Positions 8,437 to 19,206 of a stretch of DNA of 64,000 bases are shown one piece after another. A program made the position numbers and the translations under genes. Within the stretch, counting starts at the first letter, position 1, and each line of letters starts with the position of its first letter. The DNA comes from an uncultured Candidatus Saccharibacteria bacterium (GTDB lineage Bacteria > Patescibacteriota > Minisyncoccia > Phycocordibacterales > PALSA-1337). The notes beneath the pieces were generated by a model. It had not been told where the DNA came from, did no database searches, and worked only from the letters and a program-made list of their open reading frames with translations. The stretch lies in the NCBI GenBank assembly GCA_964406895.1, contig CAYOTK010000002.1:6004-70003 (forward strand), in the 5' to 3' direction.

Positions 8437-9570
8437 ATGACAATATATAGATATTTGCAGGACAAAATAAAGTCAAACATAGGAAAAAGAAAGATACAGA
8501 TAATCTATGGCCCAAGACAAGTGGGCAAGACGACGCTTGTAAAAGAGTTTCTATCTCTACCAAATAGTGTTTATTACAACTGCGATCAAGATGAAACGCG
8601 CCTACTTTTTGAAGAAGCAAATCTAGAAAAACTTGCTACTTTAGTTAAAAAATACGATACAGTTGTAATAGACGAAGCTCAAAAAGTTAATAACATAGGA
8701 TTATCATTAAAAATTATTTTCGATAATTATCCAGATAAAAATTACATTGTCACAGGATCTTCGTCATTCGATTTGGCAAAATCAGTGAGTGAACCTCTTA
8801 CAGGTCGATTTTTTTCTTATACCATGTTTCCAATAGCTGAGATAGAACTTGCAAAAAGTAAGAATCCGATCGAGCTTCGCGAATCACTTGAGAATCGTCT
8901 TATTTACGGTTCTTATCCAGAAGTTATTACCGCAATTGATCTTGAGACAAAAAAAGAAATAATAAAAAACATCACTGACAATTATTTGTTCAAAGACATT
9001 TTATCGCAGGGTGTAATAAGAAATCCTGATGATTTACGAAGATTACTGCAAGCCATAGCTTTGCAAAGCGGCAATGAAGTATCGCTTTCGGAACTAGCTA
9101 AAACTCTTGATCTTGACAAGAATACGGTAAAAAAATATTTAGAGATTTGTGAAAAGCTTTATATTCTTTTCTCATTATCGCCATATGTATCAAATAAGCG
9201 TAAATCAATATCAATGTTAAAGAAATACTTTTTTTATGACCTGGGAATAAGAAATTCTCTGATAAATAATTTTAATCCGATTGTAACGAGGAATGATGTT
9301 GGGTCGCTCTGGGAGAATTATATGATCTTAGAAAGATTAAAATACAATTCTGCAAGAAATTTTGACCCTATGTATTATTTCTTTCGCTCATATGAGATGC
9401 AAGAAATTGATTTGTTTGAGGATGAGGGTGGGGTACTTAATGGATATGAGTTTAAATTTTCAAAAGATGGAATAAATAAAGCGACTAAAGAATTATTTGA
9501 GAATGATATCAAAGGTAAGGAACTAAAGATCGTCAATAGGGATAATTATTCAGAATTTATTGGAACTTGA
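8437..9570 (+). CDS. AAA-family ATPase (DUF4143-type)
   Basis: Walker A GPRQVGKTTL, Walker B VVIDEAQ; length and layout typical of this family. Confidence 0.55.
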   Translation: MTIYRYLQDKIKSNIGKRKIQIIYGPRQVGKTTLVKEFLSLPNSVYYNCDQDETRLLFEEANLEKLATLVKKYDTVVIDEAQKVNNIGLSLKIIFDNYPDKNYIVTGSSSFDLAKSVSEPLTGRFFSYTMFPIAEIELAKSKNPIELRESLENRLIYGSYPEVITAIDLETKKEIIKNITDNYLFKDILSQGVIRNPDDLRRLLQAIALQSGNEVSLSELAKTLDLDKNTVKKYLEICEKLYILFSLSPYVSNKRKSISMLKKYFFYDLGIRNSLINNFNPIVTRNDVGSLWENYMILERLKYNSARNFDPMYYFFRSYEMQEIDLFEDEGGVLNGYEFKFSKDGINKATKELFENDIKGKELKIVNRDNYSEFIGT

Positions 9571-9776
9571 GAATAAGATGAAATAATAACCATGCGAATC
9601 GAGTCATACCTAGACATAACTCCGGAAGAAATTACGAGTAAGGCCCACAACATATGGTTAGGAATAAGTCTTGGAAATAAATATTTTACAAAAGAAAATA
9701 TTGAAAAATATTTGATGATGCAAAGGAAAAAATAATATGCGGAAAGATGTGTTATAATCCAAAATATTTATAAAAT

Positions 9777-10745
9777 ATGAATATCAAAGATTTGTTCAAA
9801 ATATTACATAGTTGGGAGTTCCCTTTACTATTGAAAAAATTGATTGAGATAAGTTTTTTCGATACTCTTCAAGAAGAACTTTCTCTGAATAAATTAAAAG
9901 ATATTTATCATTTTAAAGAAGACAAGATGCGGGTCTTATTAGATGTCCTCGAAAGTCATGGACTTATTAGTATTGAGAATGACAAAATCTCTCTTTCTGA
10001 ATTCTCGAAGAAATATCTCTTAAAAGATTCGAAATTTTACATTGGTTCATATATTGTGTGGAGAATTGAAGATTTGAAACACTGGGAAGTTAATATGTCT
10101 TCTGTTCTAAAAGGTAAAATGAAGACAGTTCATGGAGACTATCAGTATTTGGAATATACAGACAAGCACAAAGAAGCATTGGAGGGAATCGTGGTCGCTT
10201 GTTCCAAGGTTTATCCAGCTGAAGATTTTGCTCGCAAAATAAAAGATAATATTGTTATCAATGGGTCTCTGCTCGATTTGGGTTGTGGTACAGGATTTTG
10301 GGGATTGGCATTACAAAAAGAATTTCCAGACCTGAATTTAACCCTGTTTGATAGAGAAACTGATTTTATAAATATAAAAGAATCAGAATCAAATTTTAAA
10401 GAGAAGATATCAATAGTAAAAGGAGATATGTTTGAATCAGGTTCTCTTCCAAAGGCCAATAATGTTTTGGTTGCAAACGTCTTTATGGATTGGAGTGATG
10501 AGGTATTGATAAAAATGTTACAAAAGATAGTTAAAGAATGTAATCCTAATGTCTTATTGATTCATGAATTTGTCCTCGAGAAAGACATACCGTTTCTTAA
10601 TGAATATAATTTCTTTGCTCAGATGGAGACTCTGGGGAAGATTCGCAGTAAAGATTGGTGGTTTACTCAACTGAAGGTTTATTTCAAAAATATTGATTTT
10701 GTGCCATTAGAGTTTGGTTCGATGGCGATTATTTGTAGACAGTAA
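9777..10745 (+). CDS. class I SAM-dependent methyltransferase, O-methyltransferase-like, with N-terminal dimerisation/winged-helix region
   Basis: SAM motif I LLDLGCGTGFWG; preceded by an extended -10 tgttataat. Confidence 0.55.
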   Translation: MNIKDLFKILHSWEFPLLLKKLIEISFFDTLQEELSLNKLKDIYHFKEDKMRVLLDVLESHGLISIENDKISLSEFSKKYLLKDSKFYIGSYIVWRIEDLKHWEVNMSSVLKGKMKTVHGDYQYLEYTDKHKEALEGIVVACSKVYPAEDFARKIKDNIVINGSLLDLGCGTGFWGLALQKEFPDLNLTLFDRETDFINIKESESNFKEKISIVKGDMFESGSLPKANNVLVANVFMDWSDEVLIKMLQKIVKECNPNVLLIHEFVLEKDIPFLNEYNFFAQMETLGKIRSKDWWFTQLKVYFKNIDFVPLEFGSMAIICRQ

Positions 10746-10882
10746 GATTGGTGTGCAATAAAACCATAAGAGGTTGAATGTGCCTTTTTGTATGTTGACA
10801 TATACACATTACGCATGTTACAACAGATTTGGTTTAGTGAAGTGGTAACAGTAGACAATCACGCAAAAACGAAAGGTAACAC

Positions 10883-11335
10883 TTGAAATACATTATAACG
10901 CACGGTGACAAGGAAAAGGGGCCGGATCCCGAACTGCACATTTTAGGAATCGCTCAGGTCGCCGGCTTGACCGTCCCTGAAGACGTCACGAACGTGATCG
11001 TCGGTACCGGACGTCGTTTCATTCAGACATGGGATACCGTCAAAAAATCCAAGACTCTGAACGTTGCGGTGAGGTACTCTCCGCTCTGCGGCTCCGCCGA
11101 CAGTGGCGAGAAGAGCGAGACCAGTTTCATGGTCACTCTCGCTGATGGAACCAGCGTGGGGATTGGTGACTACGTCGGTCTCATCGGTACTCCCGGGGTC
11201 GACCTCAAGTCTTGGTTGGACTCCTTGCCGGAGGGCACCCTCCTCATCGCCGGCCGAGAATTTCTCGGTGCCATCGGATACACTGAGGGAAAGACCGGCA
11301 CCCTCTACAAGTACAGTGAGGGCCGGATTGTGTGA
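10883..11335 (+). CDS. hypothetical protein in a GC-rich island (weak SixA / histidine-phosphatase-like N-terminus with THG in place of RHG)
   Basis: MKYIITHGDK... resembles the start of SixA-type phosphatases; local GC is far above the flanks. Confidence 0.3.
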   Translation: MKYIITHGDKEKGPDPELHILGIAQVAGLTVPEDVTNVIVGTGRRFIQTWDTVKKSKTLNVAVRYSPLCGSADSGEKSETSFMVTLADGTSVGIGDYVGLIGTPGVDLKSWLDSLPEGTLLIAGREFLGAIGYTEGKTGTLYKYSEGRIV

Positions 11336-11473
11336 GAACACGGGGCTGCGCTCGCCGAATACCGGCGGGTCGCGGCCCTTTTTGATTTTACTGACACTTC
11401 CAAAGATTATTCTGAACTAGTTTGAAAAATTAAAACTGTACTACTTTTCCCAAAAATATGTTAAATTTTATAT

Positions 11474-13894
11474 ATGAAATACACCAAATTATTTCGTGAA
11501 TTAAACAGGAATGATGCGTCAATAGCAGGAGGAAAGGGCGCGTCTTTGGGAGAAATGTTAAATGCGGGCATACCTGTTCCTGATGGTTATGTGGTACTTT
11601 CCACCACCTTTGATAAATTCATTGAAGATACTGATTTGGTTCAAGAAATAGACGCAATTTTAGACAGTGTGGATCACAAAGAAATTCATACTGTAGAGGG
11701 TGCATCCGAGAAAATAAAAGGTCTCATTTTGTCGCGTGAAATGCCTCACGATATAGCGGAAGAAATAAAAACAAATTTCAAAAGTTTGGATACGAAGTTT
11801 GTTGCCGTTCGTTCCTCAGCTACAGCAGAAGATGGTGCTGAACACGCTTGGGCAGGACAGCTCGAATCATATTTGAATACGACCGATAAGGATTTGTTAG
11901 ATAAAGTCAAACATTGCTGGGCTTCACTTTTTACACCTCGCGCTATATTTTATCGTTTCGAGAAAGGCCTACACTCAACCAGGATATCCGTAGCAGTTGT
12001 GGTACAAAAGATGGTCGAATCAGAAGTTTCCGGCATTGCATTCTCGGTACATCCTGTGACTGAAGATCGCAATCAGTTGATCATTGAAGCGGGCTTCGGG
12101 CTGGGTGAAGCAATCGTCTCTGGTTCTGTAACGCCTGATAGTTATGTGGTCGAGAAAACTCCAAGAAGAGTGATCGACAAAAATATAAGCACACAAGAAA
12201 GAGGTTTATTTAGAGTTGAGACGGGTGGTAATGAATGGAGAACAATCAATGAACCGATGGCCTCGTCACAAGTTTTGGATGAGAAACAAATTTTTGATCT
12301 TTCAGAAATTATAGTTGGTATTGAGAATCACTATGGTTTTCCTTGTGATATAGAATGGGCATACGAAAAAGGTAAGTTTTATATTGTGCAAAGTAGGCCA
12401 ATTACGACGTTGAGTGCAATTGTAGAAAAAAAAGATTTGGCAGACGAATATCTTGAACGCATTGGAAATCGGAAATTGTATCCTCCATTGAACGGTTATT
12501 CTGCATTTTTGCAGGGATCAGAATATAATATCGAAAAGTATTTTGGCAAATGGTATGAAAATAAAGTAAGATATGATTTTTTTCTCCACATGAAAGACGG
12601 GTATTCGCAAGTTTGGTTACCAGAAGACGATATTCGAGGTGCTTCTGACTTTGGGCTACGAGAATACCTGAATAAATCAAAGTCATTTGATCGTAGAATT
12701 GATTTTATGGATGAAAGCATAAAATATATTGATAAGATATATACACAATATACTTACGAAAAGATTGATGGAACAAAGTTGGACAAACTATTCTTATTGG
12801 TAAATGAAGTTAGAGACATTATTTGGGATGTAAACGCCGCTGTATCATTTTCTATCTTTTTTGATAAGAAAATGTGTGAAAATATTCTTATTGATGAAAA
12901 GTACCCGATCACCTCAAATGAAATTGATATTTTGTGGGATAAGGCTGTGACGCCAGCATTTGAATCGTTCGACAAGGTTCAACTCTGTCATTTGTTGACC
13001 TTGATGAGTAAGCCTAGTAAATGGGAATCAGTTTTAGAGGAATGCCAGTATTTTTTGACAGATTATCATTCAGCCAAGACTTTATCAGAAATTGAAAAAG
13101 CATTGAAAGAAAGATATAAGAAATATATTGATGAACCAGGAAGCGTGAAAGAGACTCTCAAAACTGAGACTGAAGAAGTGGCCAGAATGATTTCTGAACA
13201 TAAAAAATGGCTATATACATTGCCGGAAAATGAAAAGAAAATTGCAAATTATCTTCAAACTGTGATGAAGGTCAGGGATAGAAGAAAGAACTTCTTTGCT
13301 AAAGGTATGACAATAATGTACAGAGTGGCAGAAAAAGTTTTCAGAGAAGCTGGTGTAGATCGAAATCTTATTCCTTATTATACAATCCGTGAACTTCTTA
13401 ATGGTGTCGATTATTTGAAATCTTCTGTTGATGATTTGAAAGATAGAAAAAACGGTTTCCAATGGCTCGTGCCGTATTCTGATCAACCAAAAAAGCAAAA
13501 TATAAATATTGATAGTGGAATACAAAAAATCAATAATTATTTCAAGGAGTGTCATTTAAGTGACAATAATTCCAGTGAAATTCAAGGTCAATGTGCTTAT
13601 AAAGGTGTTATTAAAGGTCGTGTTCGAATAGTATTGAATGTAAATTCGAATCATGGTTTTTCTGATGGTGAAGTGCTTGTTGCGGGAATGACTCGACCGG
13701 AGTATGTTCCGTTGATGAAAAAAGCTGCGGCAATCATTACAGACGAAGGTGGAATTACATGTCACGCTGCAATCGTTTCCCGCGAACTCAAGAAACCCTG
13801 CATTATCGGCACAAAGATCGCCACCAAAGTCCTGAAAGACGGCGATATGGTAGAGGTGGATGCGGATAAGGGGGTGGTAGTTATTCTTAAATAA
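11474..13894 (+). CDS. PEP-utilizing enzyme, PEP synthase / rifampicin phosphotransferase-like (ATP-grasp PPDK_N domain + central domain + C-terminal phosphohistidine swivel domain)
   Basis: N-terminus IAGGKGASLGEMLNAGIPVPDGYVV (PPDK N-terminal domain); C-terminus GGITCHAAIVSRELKKPCIIGT (PEP-utilizers mobile-domain His motif). Confidence 0.75.
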   Translation: MKYTKLFRELNRNDASIAGGKGASLGEMLNAGIPVPDGYVVLSTTFDKFIEDTDLVQEIDAILDSVDHKEIHTVEGASEKIKGLILSREMPHDIAEEIKTNFKSLDTKFVAVRSSATAEDGAEHAWAGQLESYLNTTDKDLLDKVKHCWASLFTPRAIFYRFEKGLHSTRISVAVVVQKMVESEVSGIAFSVHPVTEDRNQLIIEAGFGLGEAIVSGSVTPDSYVVEKTPRRVIDKNISTQERGLFRVETGGNEWRTINEPMASSQVLDEKQIFDLSEIIVGIENHYGFPCDIEWAYEKGKFYIVQSRPITTLSAIVEKKDLADEYLERIGNRKLYPPLNGYSAFLQGSEYNIEKYFGKWYENKVRYDFFLHMKDGYSQVWLPEDDIRGASDFGLREYLNKSKSFDRRIDFMDESIKYIDKIYTQYTYEKIDGTKLDKLFLLVNEVRDIIWDVNAAVSFSIFFDKKMCENILIDEKYPITSNEIDILWDKAVTPAFESFDKVQLCHLLTLMSKPSKWESVLEECQYFLTDYHSAKTLSEIEKALKERYKKYIDEPGSVKETLKTETEEVARMISEHKKWLYTLPENEKKIANYLQTVMKVRDRRKNFFAKGMTIMYRVAEKVFREAGVDRNLIPYYTIRELLNGVDYLKSSVDDLKDRKNGFQWLVPYSDQPKKQNINIDSGIQKINNYFKECHLSDNNSSEIQGQCAYKGVIKGRVRIVLNVNSNHGFSDGEVLVAGMTRPEYVPLMKKAAAIITDEGGITCHAAIVSRELKKPCIIGTKIATKVLKDGDMVEVDADKGVVVILK

Positions 13895-13895
13895 A

Positions 13896-14981
13896 ATGTC
13901 ATTAGAAAAACAACAAAAAATGGATGAAAAATGGCTTATTCCTCGAAAACGCTATGTTCCTTGTGTCTGGCCGTTCCATACTTATTGGGCATGGCCTGTA
14001 CACAAATATTTTGGTGTACCCACTACGGGAAAAGTTTTAAGTATTTGGGAAGATGGTGATTATACTGTGGTTTTTGATAAACATAAAACTGGTATAGATT
14101 TGGGAAATGCAATCACTGATAAGATTCTTACAGAGAAAAATGATTTAATAGGTTTTAGAGAGAAAGGCATTAAGGCAGGGGAAAATACAGTAATTTTTTG
14201 CAAGGAATTTTCCAAAAAATCAGAAAATTCATCTATTTCTGAATTTGTTGATTTTCTGAATGGATTCACCGAAAAGTATATAGTCATCATGAGAGATAAT
14301 ATGCATTACTGGGTAATGGGATCACCAATCATAGAAAAAATGATTCGTAACAATCTGTCGACTTTTGATGCAAATATCATAGATGAGATTTTTCACATAA
14401 TGGCTGTACCAATCGAAATGTCATATAGTAGCCTCATTGATTCAGAGTTGAAAAAGATATGTGATATGGCTCGACAAAATGGCATAGGGTTAGTCAAGGG
14501 AGACATAAAAAACTTCTCGCATAAATATTTTTGGTTCCCATATGAATATGTTGGACCTGGGATTTGGGATGATAAAACTGTGACCGGTCTAATCGAAACA
14601 GATATAAAAAAAGGTTCAAGCAATCATGTTGGTGCATCTGGTAGTGTAGAATTACAAAAAGAATGTGTCAAAAAATACTCTTTATCCCAACAAATAGTCG
14701 AATTATTCAAAATTCTTCAAACACTAGCCTTAATGTCTGATGATCGTAAAAGATATAACTCTGAAATATGTTATTATTTAAATGGAGTAATTTTCCCAAA
14801 TCTGGCAAAGAAGCTCGGTATAACTAGAGAGGAGGCTTTATATGTAGATCATGAATTCTTATCTTTATTTGAGAAAGATTCAATAACGTTCAGAAAACGA
14901 CTTAATAAAAGAACCGAGATGTTGGTAGAAATTACCGAAGATGGTGTTTATTCATGGTACGAGGGTAAAGAGGAATGTTAA
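13896..14981 (+). CDS. central (substrate-binding-like) domain paralog without swivel domain; apparently split from the next ORF
   Basis: Stop overlaps the start of the next ORF (taaatg); together the two ORFs reconstitute the central + His-domain architecture of the neighbouring paralogs. Confidence 0.4.
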   Translation: MSLEKQQKMDEKWLIPRKRYVPCVWPFHTYWAWPVHKYFGVPTTGKVLSIWEDGDYTVVFDKHKTGIDLGNAITDKILTEKNDLIGFREKGIKAGENTVIFCKEFSKKSENSSISEFVDFLNGFTEKYIVIMRDNMHYWVMGSPIIEKMIRNNLSTFDANIIDEIFHIMAVPIEMSYSSLIDSELKKICDMARQNGIGLVKGDIKNFSHKYFWFPYEYVGPGIWDDKTVTGLIETDIKKGSSNHVGASGSVELQKECVKKYSLSQQIVELFKILQTLALMSDDRKRYNSEICYYLNGVIFPNLAKKLGITREEALYVDHEFLSLFEKDSITFRKRLNKRTEMLVEITEDGVYSWYEGKEEC

Positions 14982-15347
14982 ATGTTATTAGATTCATTGG
15001 ATATTCACTTGAAAGTTGATGATAATATAAGAGAGATCAAGGGTCAGGTTGCTTTTAAAGGAAAAGTGATTGGCAAAGTCAGGATTTTGAAGACATCACA
15101 CGTTGATGATTTTGAAGAGGGAGATATTATAGTAACAGGCATGACAACACCAGATTTTGCACCGCTCATGAAAAAGGCTTCCGCGATTGTGACAAATGAG
15201 GGCGGTATCACATGTCATGCGGCTATAGTTTCTAGAGAATTGAAAATACCCTGTGTAATCGGCACAAAAATTGCTACTCAAGTTTTCAAAGACGGCGATA
15301 TGGTAGAGGTGGACGCGGATAAGGGGGTGGTGAAAATAATAAAATAA
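14982..15347 (+). CDS. stand-alone PEP-utilizing phosphohistidine swivel domain (121 aa)
   Basis: GMTTPDFAPLMKKASAIVTNEGGITCHAAIVSRELKIPCVIGTKIATQVFKDGDMVEVDADKGVVKIIK. Confidence 0.6.
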   Translation: MLLDSLDIHLKVDDNIREIKGQVAFKGKVIGKVRILKTSHVDDFEEGDIIVTGMTTPDFAPLMKKASAIVTNEGGITCHAAIVSRELKIPCVIGTKIATQVFKDGDMVEVDADKGVVKIIK

Positions 15348-15375
15348 TATGAATTTAAAATATTAATCTACTAAC

Positions 15376-16701
15376 ATGATTTTACCAAAAGAAAAATATC
15401 AAAAGACAGTCAAGAGACCGTATCCGCCATTATTGGGATCATTGGTGATTCAGGGTATAACGGATACAAAAGTTTATGACGGTTTTTTTTCTGTTCCGTT
15501 CGCCAGAAAGGATTCGGTCTTGTGTGACGGAGCTTGGTATAACAATGGTGAGGCGGAGGATTATGGTCGTGAATTGATATCCAAAGAATGGAATAATCAA
15601 AGTTCAATTGATTTCCTTTCAAAAGAGTGTCGTCGTAGGGAAAAAATTCTATTGGATTCAACAGACAAATCATTTGAAGTATATTCAAAAGCCTTTGAAA
15701 ATTATATGGTTGCACTCACTCTTGTATATTTGGCTGAAGTGCCTTTTTTCAATAAACTTAAAGAGATGCTTATGGAAAATTCGGATGAAATGCAGGCTAA
15801 GGAGTTGCTTGAGATTCTAAATACTCCATTTGAGGATAATTATCACAGAAAAGAAGAGTATGATTTGATTACATCGAATAATTTGACTGAACACGTAAAG
15901 AAATATGAATGGTTTCTTTCAAGATATGGTGCAGATGTGATTTATACAGTAGATAAGGCAAAGGAAAGATTATTATCTTTAGACAAGGATTTTTTGAGCA
16001 AATACAATATTTTAAAAGAGGAAGTTAAGACGGCAATAAAAAAAGCCAAGAACATTGTTGGGCAACAAAACAGTTATTTGGTTGACGGCCTACAATTCAT
16101 TGTTTTTTACAGAACACACAGAACTGATGTTATTAGTAGATCAATATTCATGCATAAAAAAGTATTGAATGATATTGCAAAAGCAAATTCATTGTTATAT
16201 GAAGATATTTTGTTTTGTCTTGAAGCTGAATTGATAAAAAAATCTATTCCCAGCGTAGATACAATTCAGGAAAGAAAAAAAGGTTATGTTATATATTCAG
16301 AAAATGGCCATATTATTTGCAAAATTGGTAAAGAGTTTGAAGATATAAGACGTGGCCTTGAAGACGATATTCAGACAGTGACTGAGTTGCGCGGTAATAG
16401 CGCTTCCAAAGGTAAATCTGTCGGAAGAGTTAAAATTATTAATAATTCTTTAGATTTTTCCAAAATAAATGATGGAGATATTTTGGTATCAAGCATGACT
16501 ACTCCTGAAATGGTTCCGATAATGAAAAAGTCATCTGCCTTCGTAACAGATGAAGGCGGCATAACTTGTCATGCGGCTATTGTTGCACGCGAACTTAAAA
16601 AACCCTGCATTATTGGCACAAAGATCGCCACCAAAGTCCTGAAAGACGGCGACATGGTAGAGGTGGATGCGGATAAGGGGGTGGTAAAAATAATAAAATA
16701 A
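15376..16701 (+). CDS. swivel-domain paralog: variable central domain + C-terminal PEP-utilizing His domain, no ATP-grasp domain
   Basis: ...ERKKGY... then MTTPEMVPIMKKSSAFVTDEGGITCHAAIVARELKKPCIIGT; no PPDK_N motifs. Confidence 0.65.
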   Translation: MILPKEKYQKTVKRPYPPLLGSLVIQGITDTKVYDGFFSVPFARKDSVLCDGAWYNNGEAEDYGRELISKEWNNQSSIDFLSKECRRREKILLDSTDKSFEVYSKAFENYMVALTLVYLAEVPFFNKLKEMLMENSDEMQAKELLEILNTPFEDNYHRKEEYDLITSNNLTEHVKKYEWFLSRYGADVIYTVDKAKERLLSLDKDFLSKYNILKEEVKTAIKKAKNIVGQQNSYLVDGLQFIVFYRTHRTDVISRSIFMHKKVLNDIAKANSLLYEDILFCLEAELIKKSIPSVDTIQERKKGYVIYSENGHIICKIGKEFEDIRRGLEDDIQTVTELRGNSASKGKSVGRVKIINNSLDFSKINDGDILVSSMTTPEMVPIMKKSSAFVTDEGGITCHAAIVARELKKPCIIGTKIATKVLKDGDMVEVDADKGVVKIIK

Positions 16702-16702
16702 T

Positions 16703-18205
16703 ATGAATTATAAAAATGACAAAAGAATATTAAATGTTCAAAGCTCATATTCAAAAGAGCAAATACAGGAGGTCTTAAAAAGAACATGGTTTAAGGTTGT
16801 GCGAAGAGAAAATACCCCTCTATGGGAATCCCTGATTCAAGCTGGAGGAGCTTTGAGCCGTGAAGATATCGGATTTGAGAATCCTATGTCAGATCTTTAT
16901 GCTCTTGATTATGACAAATATGCGGCCGAGGACGATTTTAAGGAATTAAAAAGACAATTTATCGAGGCTTGCAAAAATGATTCCAATTTTTTAACAAATT
17001 TTTTCAAATACCTTGAGGATAAATGCAAGGAATTTGATGATTTTGTTTTGCAAAATGAAATAAATGAGTGGGGTAAGTTGGATAACAAAGAACTTGGTTT
17101 TATTTACGACAAATTTGCAAATTTTTCCTTAGAAGTTTTGATTTTTTTGTGGCCTCCACTTGGACCAGAGGAGTGGATAGTTGAAAAGATATCTAGTGAA
17201 CTTTCGAAACGAATTGATCCAGTTAATCAGTATAATGATAATCAAAAAGCTTTTGACATATTAATTTCTTCTGAAATTCCTTCATTAATTCAAGAACGAG
17301 AGTTTGAGATTCTTAAACTTGCTACGAAGGTAGGGGATATCAATAAAATTCCTGAGTTTAAAAATGAAATTGAGTTAGTTTATCGAAGATATGCTTGGAT
17401 AAACGATCATTCTTTGAAATTTGAGTTTGAAAGCTACATACATTTTGAGGAAGAATTAATTCAGGTCTTAAAAAATAATCCTAAAGAAAAACTTTCTCGA
17501 ATTAACGCTGAAAAAGAGAGTAAAAAGAAAGAAAAAATGGCTCTTTTGAATAATCTTAATCTTGGGAAAGATATTGAAAACTATATATACCAAGCATCAC
17601 ATTTACCACACTGGAGATTTCTTAGAACCGAAAAAAGCGTCGAAGCGGCGTATCGCTTGAGCGGAATGTTCAGGGAGTTAGAAAAAAGATTAGGTATAGA
17701 TCCTCTCTTGGCTTATTATTGGGAAATTGGACAGCTTCTGGATGGACAGAATGTTAATAAAGAAAATATTGAAGCTAGAAAAAACGGATATGGACTTATT
17801 ATTAGCACTGATCATATTGCTGACCTAGATACTGCATCAAGAAAAGTCCTAAAAGATGGAATCGAAAGTAAAATTGAATTGGGGAAAGTTATTAAAGGCA
17901 ATGTGGCGTGCAGAGGGTTTGTGAAGGGTAGGGTTAGAGTTCTTCATACTGTTAAAGGATTATCTACCTTTAAAGATGGTGAGATCCTTGTGACATCAAT
18001 GACAACTCCTGAATTTGTGCCAATTATGAGGATGGCTATTGCTATTATTACAGATGAGGGCGGAATAAGTTGTCATGCGGCCATTGTCTCTCGTGAGCTA
18101 AAGGTTCCATGTATAATTGGTACCAAAGTTGCAACTAAACTTCTGAAAAGCGGAGATAATGTAGAGGTTGATGCAAATAAGGGAATCGTAAAAATAATAA
18201 AATAA
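16703..18205 (+). CDS. swivel-domain paralog (central domain + PEP-utilizing His domain)
   Basis: ...ARKNGY... TDEGGISCHAAIVSRELKVPCIIGTKVATKLLKSGDNVEVDANKGIVKIIK. Confidence 0.65.
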   Translation: MNYKNDKRILNVQSSYSKEQIQEVLKRTWFKVVRRENTPLWESLIQAGGALSREDIGFENPMSDLYALDYDKYAAEDDFKELKRQFIEACKNDSNFLTNFFKYLEDKCKEFDDFVLQNEINEWGKLDNKELGFIYDKFANFSLEVLIFLWPPLGPEEWIVEKISSELSKRIDPVNQYNDNQKAFDILISSEIPSLIQEREFEILKLATKVGDINKIPEFKNEIELVYRRYAWINDHSLKFEFESYIHFEEELIQVLKNNPKEKLSRINAEKESKKKEKMALLNNLNLGKDIENYIYQASHLPHWRFLRTEKSVEAAYRLSGMFRELEKRLGIDPLLAYYWEIGQLLDGQNVNKENIEARKNGYGLIISTDHIADLDTASRKVLKDGIESKIELGKVIKGNVACRGFVKGRVRVLHTVKGLSTFKDGEILVTSMTTPEFVPIMRMAIAIITDEGGISCHAAIVSRELKVPCIIGTKVATKLLKSGDNVEVDANKGIVKIIK

Positions 18206-18207
18206 AC

Positions 18208-19206
18208 ATGACCAAACTTCATGAGCTTGTTCATCTCAGTGCACCACTAGTTTTTGCAGACTTGTTTACCGTTTGTGAAGGTGGTAGTCAATTCTTCTGG
18301 TCAAAAGAAAAAAGTCCAGAGGGTGTTGGGTGTTTGGCGTATAGAAAAAAAGATTTAGTATATTTTTATTACAATCCAGAATTAATTGATTGGAAAATGA
18401 CTGAGTCTAGTAAATTTGATGAGCAGATTTTACTTCAGAAATCTTCAGATGCCTTCAGTAAAATCAGGGAAATATTGATTAAAGAAAACCCCCTCAATAG
18501 AGAACAGTTAAAAGAATTTATCCCAGAAGTAATTTTATTCTGGAAATGGTTCGATGGTATCTGGTGGAGAATTGAATTTGCTGAAAAAAACAAAATCGAT
18601 TATGGGAATTTGATGTCACTTAGAAAAGAAACTGAATATTTCGTTCCTAGTCTTCGATTGGTAATTAGAAAATCATTCAAGGAGATTTTGGACAAAAGAT
18701 ACGAGCAGTATATTGATGTTCTTAGATTAAACGAGGTGCTTGAATCAAAATTACCCTCAATTGAAGAGTTAAATTCGAGACTCGAGAGTTATGTTGTTAT
18801 AAATGGGAAATTATTTAACAACATTGAGAGTGCACTGAAGGAATTTGATTTTGATATGCCGTTAGATGAGGTTGATCTTAATAGTAAAGAACTTCATGGA
18901 CAGTGTGCTTTCCCAGGCAGAGTCAAATCCAAAATAAAGATTGTTAATTCTGTTGACGATTTACACAAGTTTTCATCTGGCGATATTATTGTTTCTAGTA
19001 CTACAACACCAGATTTTCTTCCAATCATGAAGATATCAAAAGCCATAATTTCTGAACATGGTGGAATAATATGTCATGCAGCGATAACTTCTCGAGAACT
19101 AAAGATTCCATGTGTCGTCGGCGTTAAAAATGCAACAAAGATTCTAAAGGATGGTGACATGGTAGAAGTTGATGCGGATAGGGGGATTGTTAAGATAATA
19201 AAATGA
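18208..19206 (+). CDS. swivel-domain paralog (short central domain + PEP-utilizing His domain)
   Basis: SEHGGIICHAAITSRELKIPCVVGVKNATKILKDGDMVEVDADRGIVKIIK. Confidence 0.6.
   Translation: MTKLHELVHLSAPLVFADLFTVCEGGSQFFWSKEKSPEGVGCLAYRKKDLVYFYYNPELIDWKMTESSKFDEQILLQKSSDAFSKIREILIKENPLNREQLKEFIPEVILFWKWFDGIWWRIEFAEKNKIDYGNLMSLRKETEYFVPSLRLVIRKSFKEILDKRYEQYIDVLRLNEVLESKLPSIEELNSRLESYVVINGKLFNNIESALKEFDFDMPLDEVDLNSKELHGQCAFPGRVKSKIKIVNSVDDLHKFSSGDIIVSSTTTPDFLPIMKISKAIISEHGGIICHAAITSRELKIPCVVGVKNATKILKDGDMVEVDADRGIVKIIK

Noticed and set aside
10943-11420. Overlapping ORFs in the GC-rich island (minus 10943-11341, plus 11103-11420)
   Set aside because: High GC creates long spurious ORFs in all frames. 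Only the + frame starting MKYIITHGDK has a sensible start and composition.
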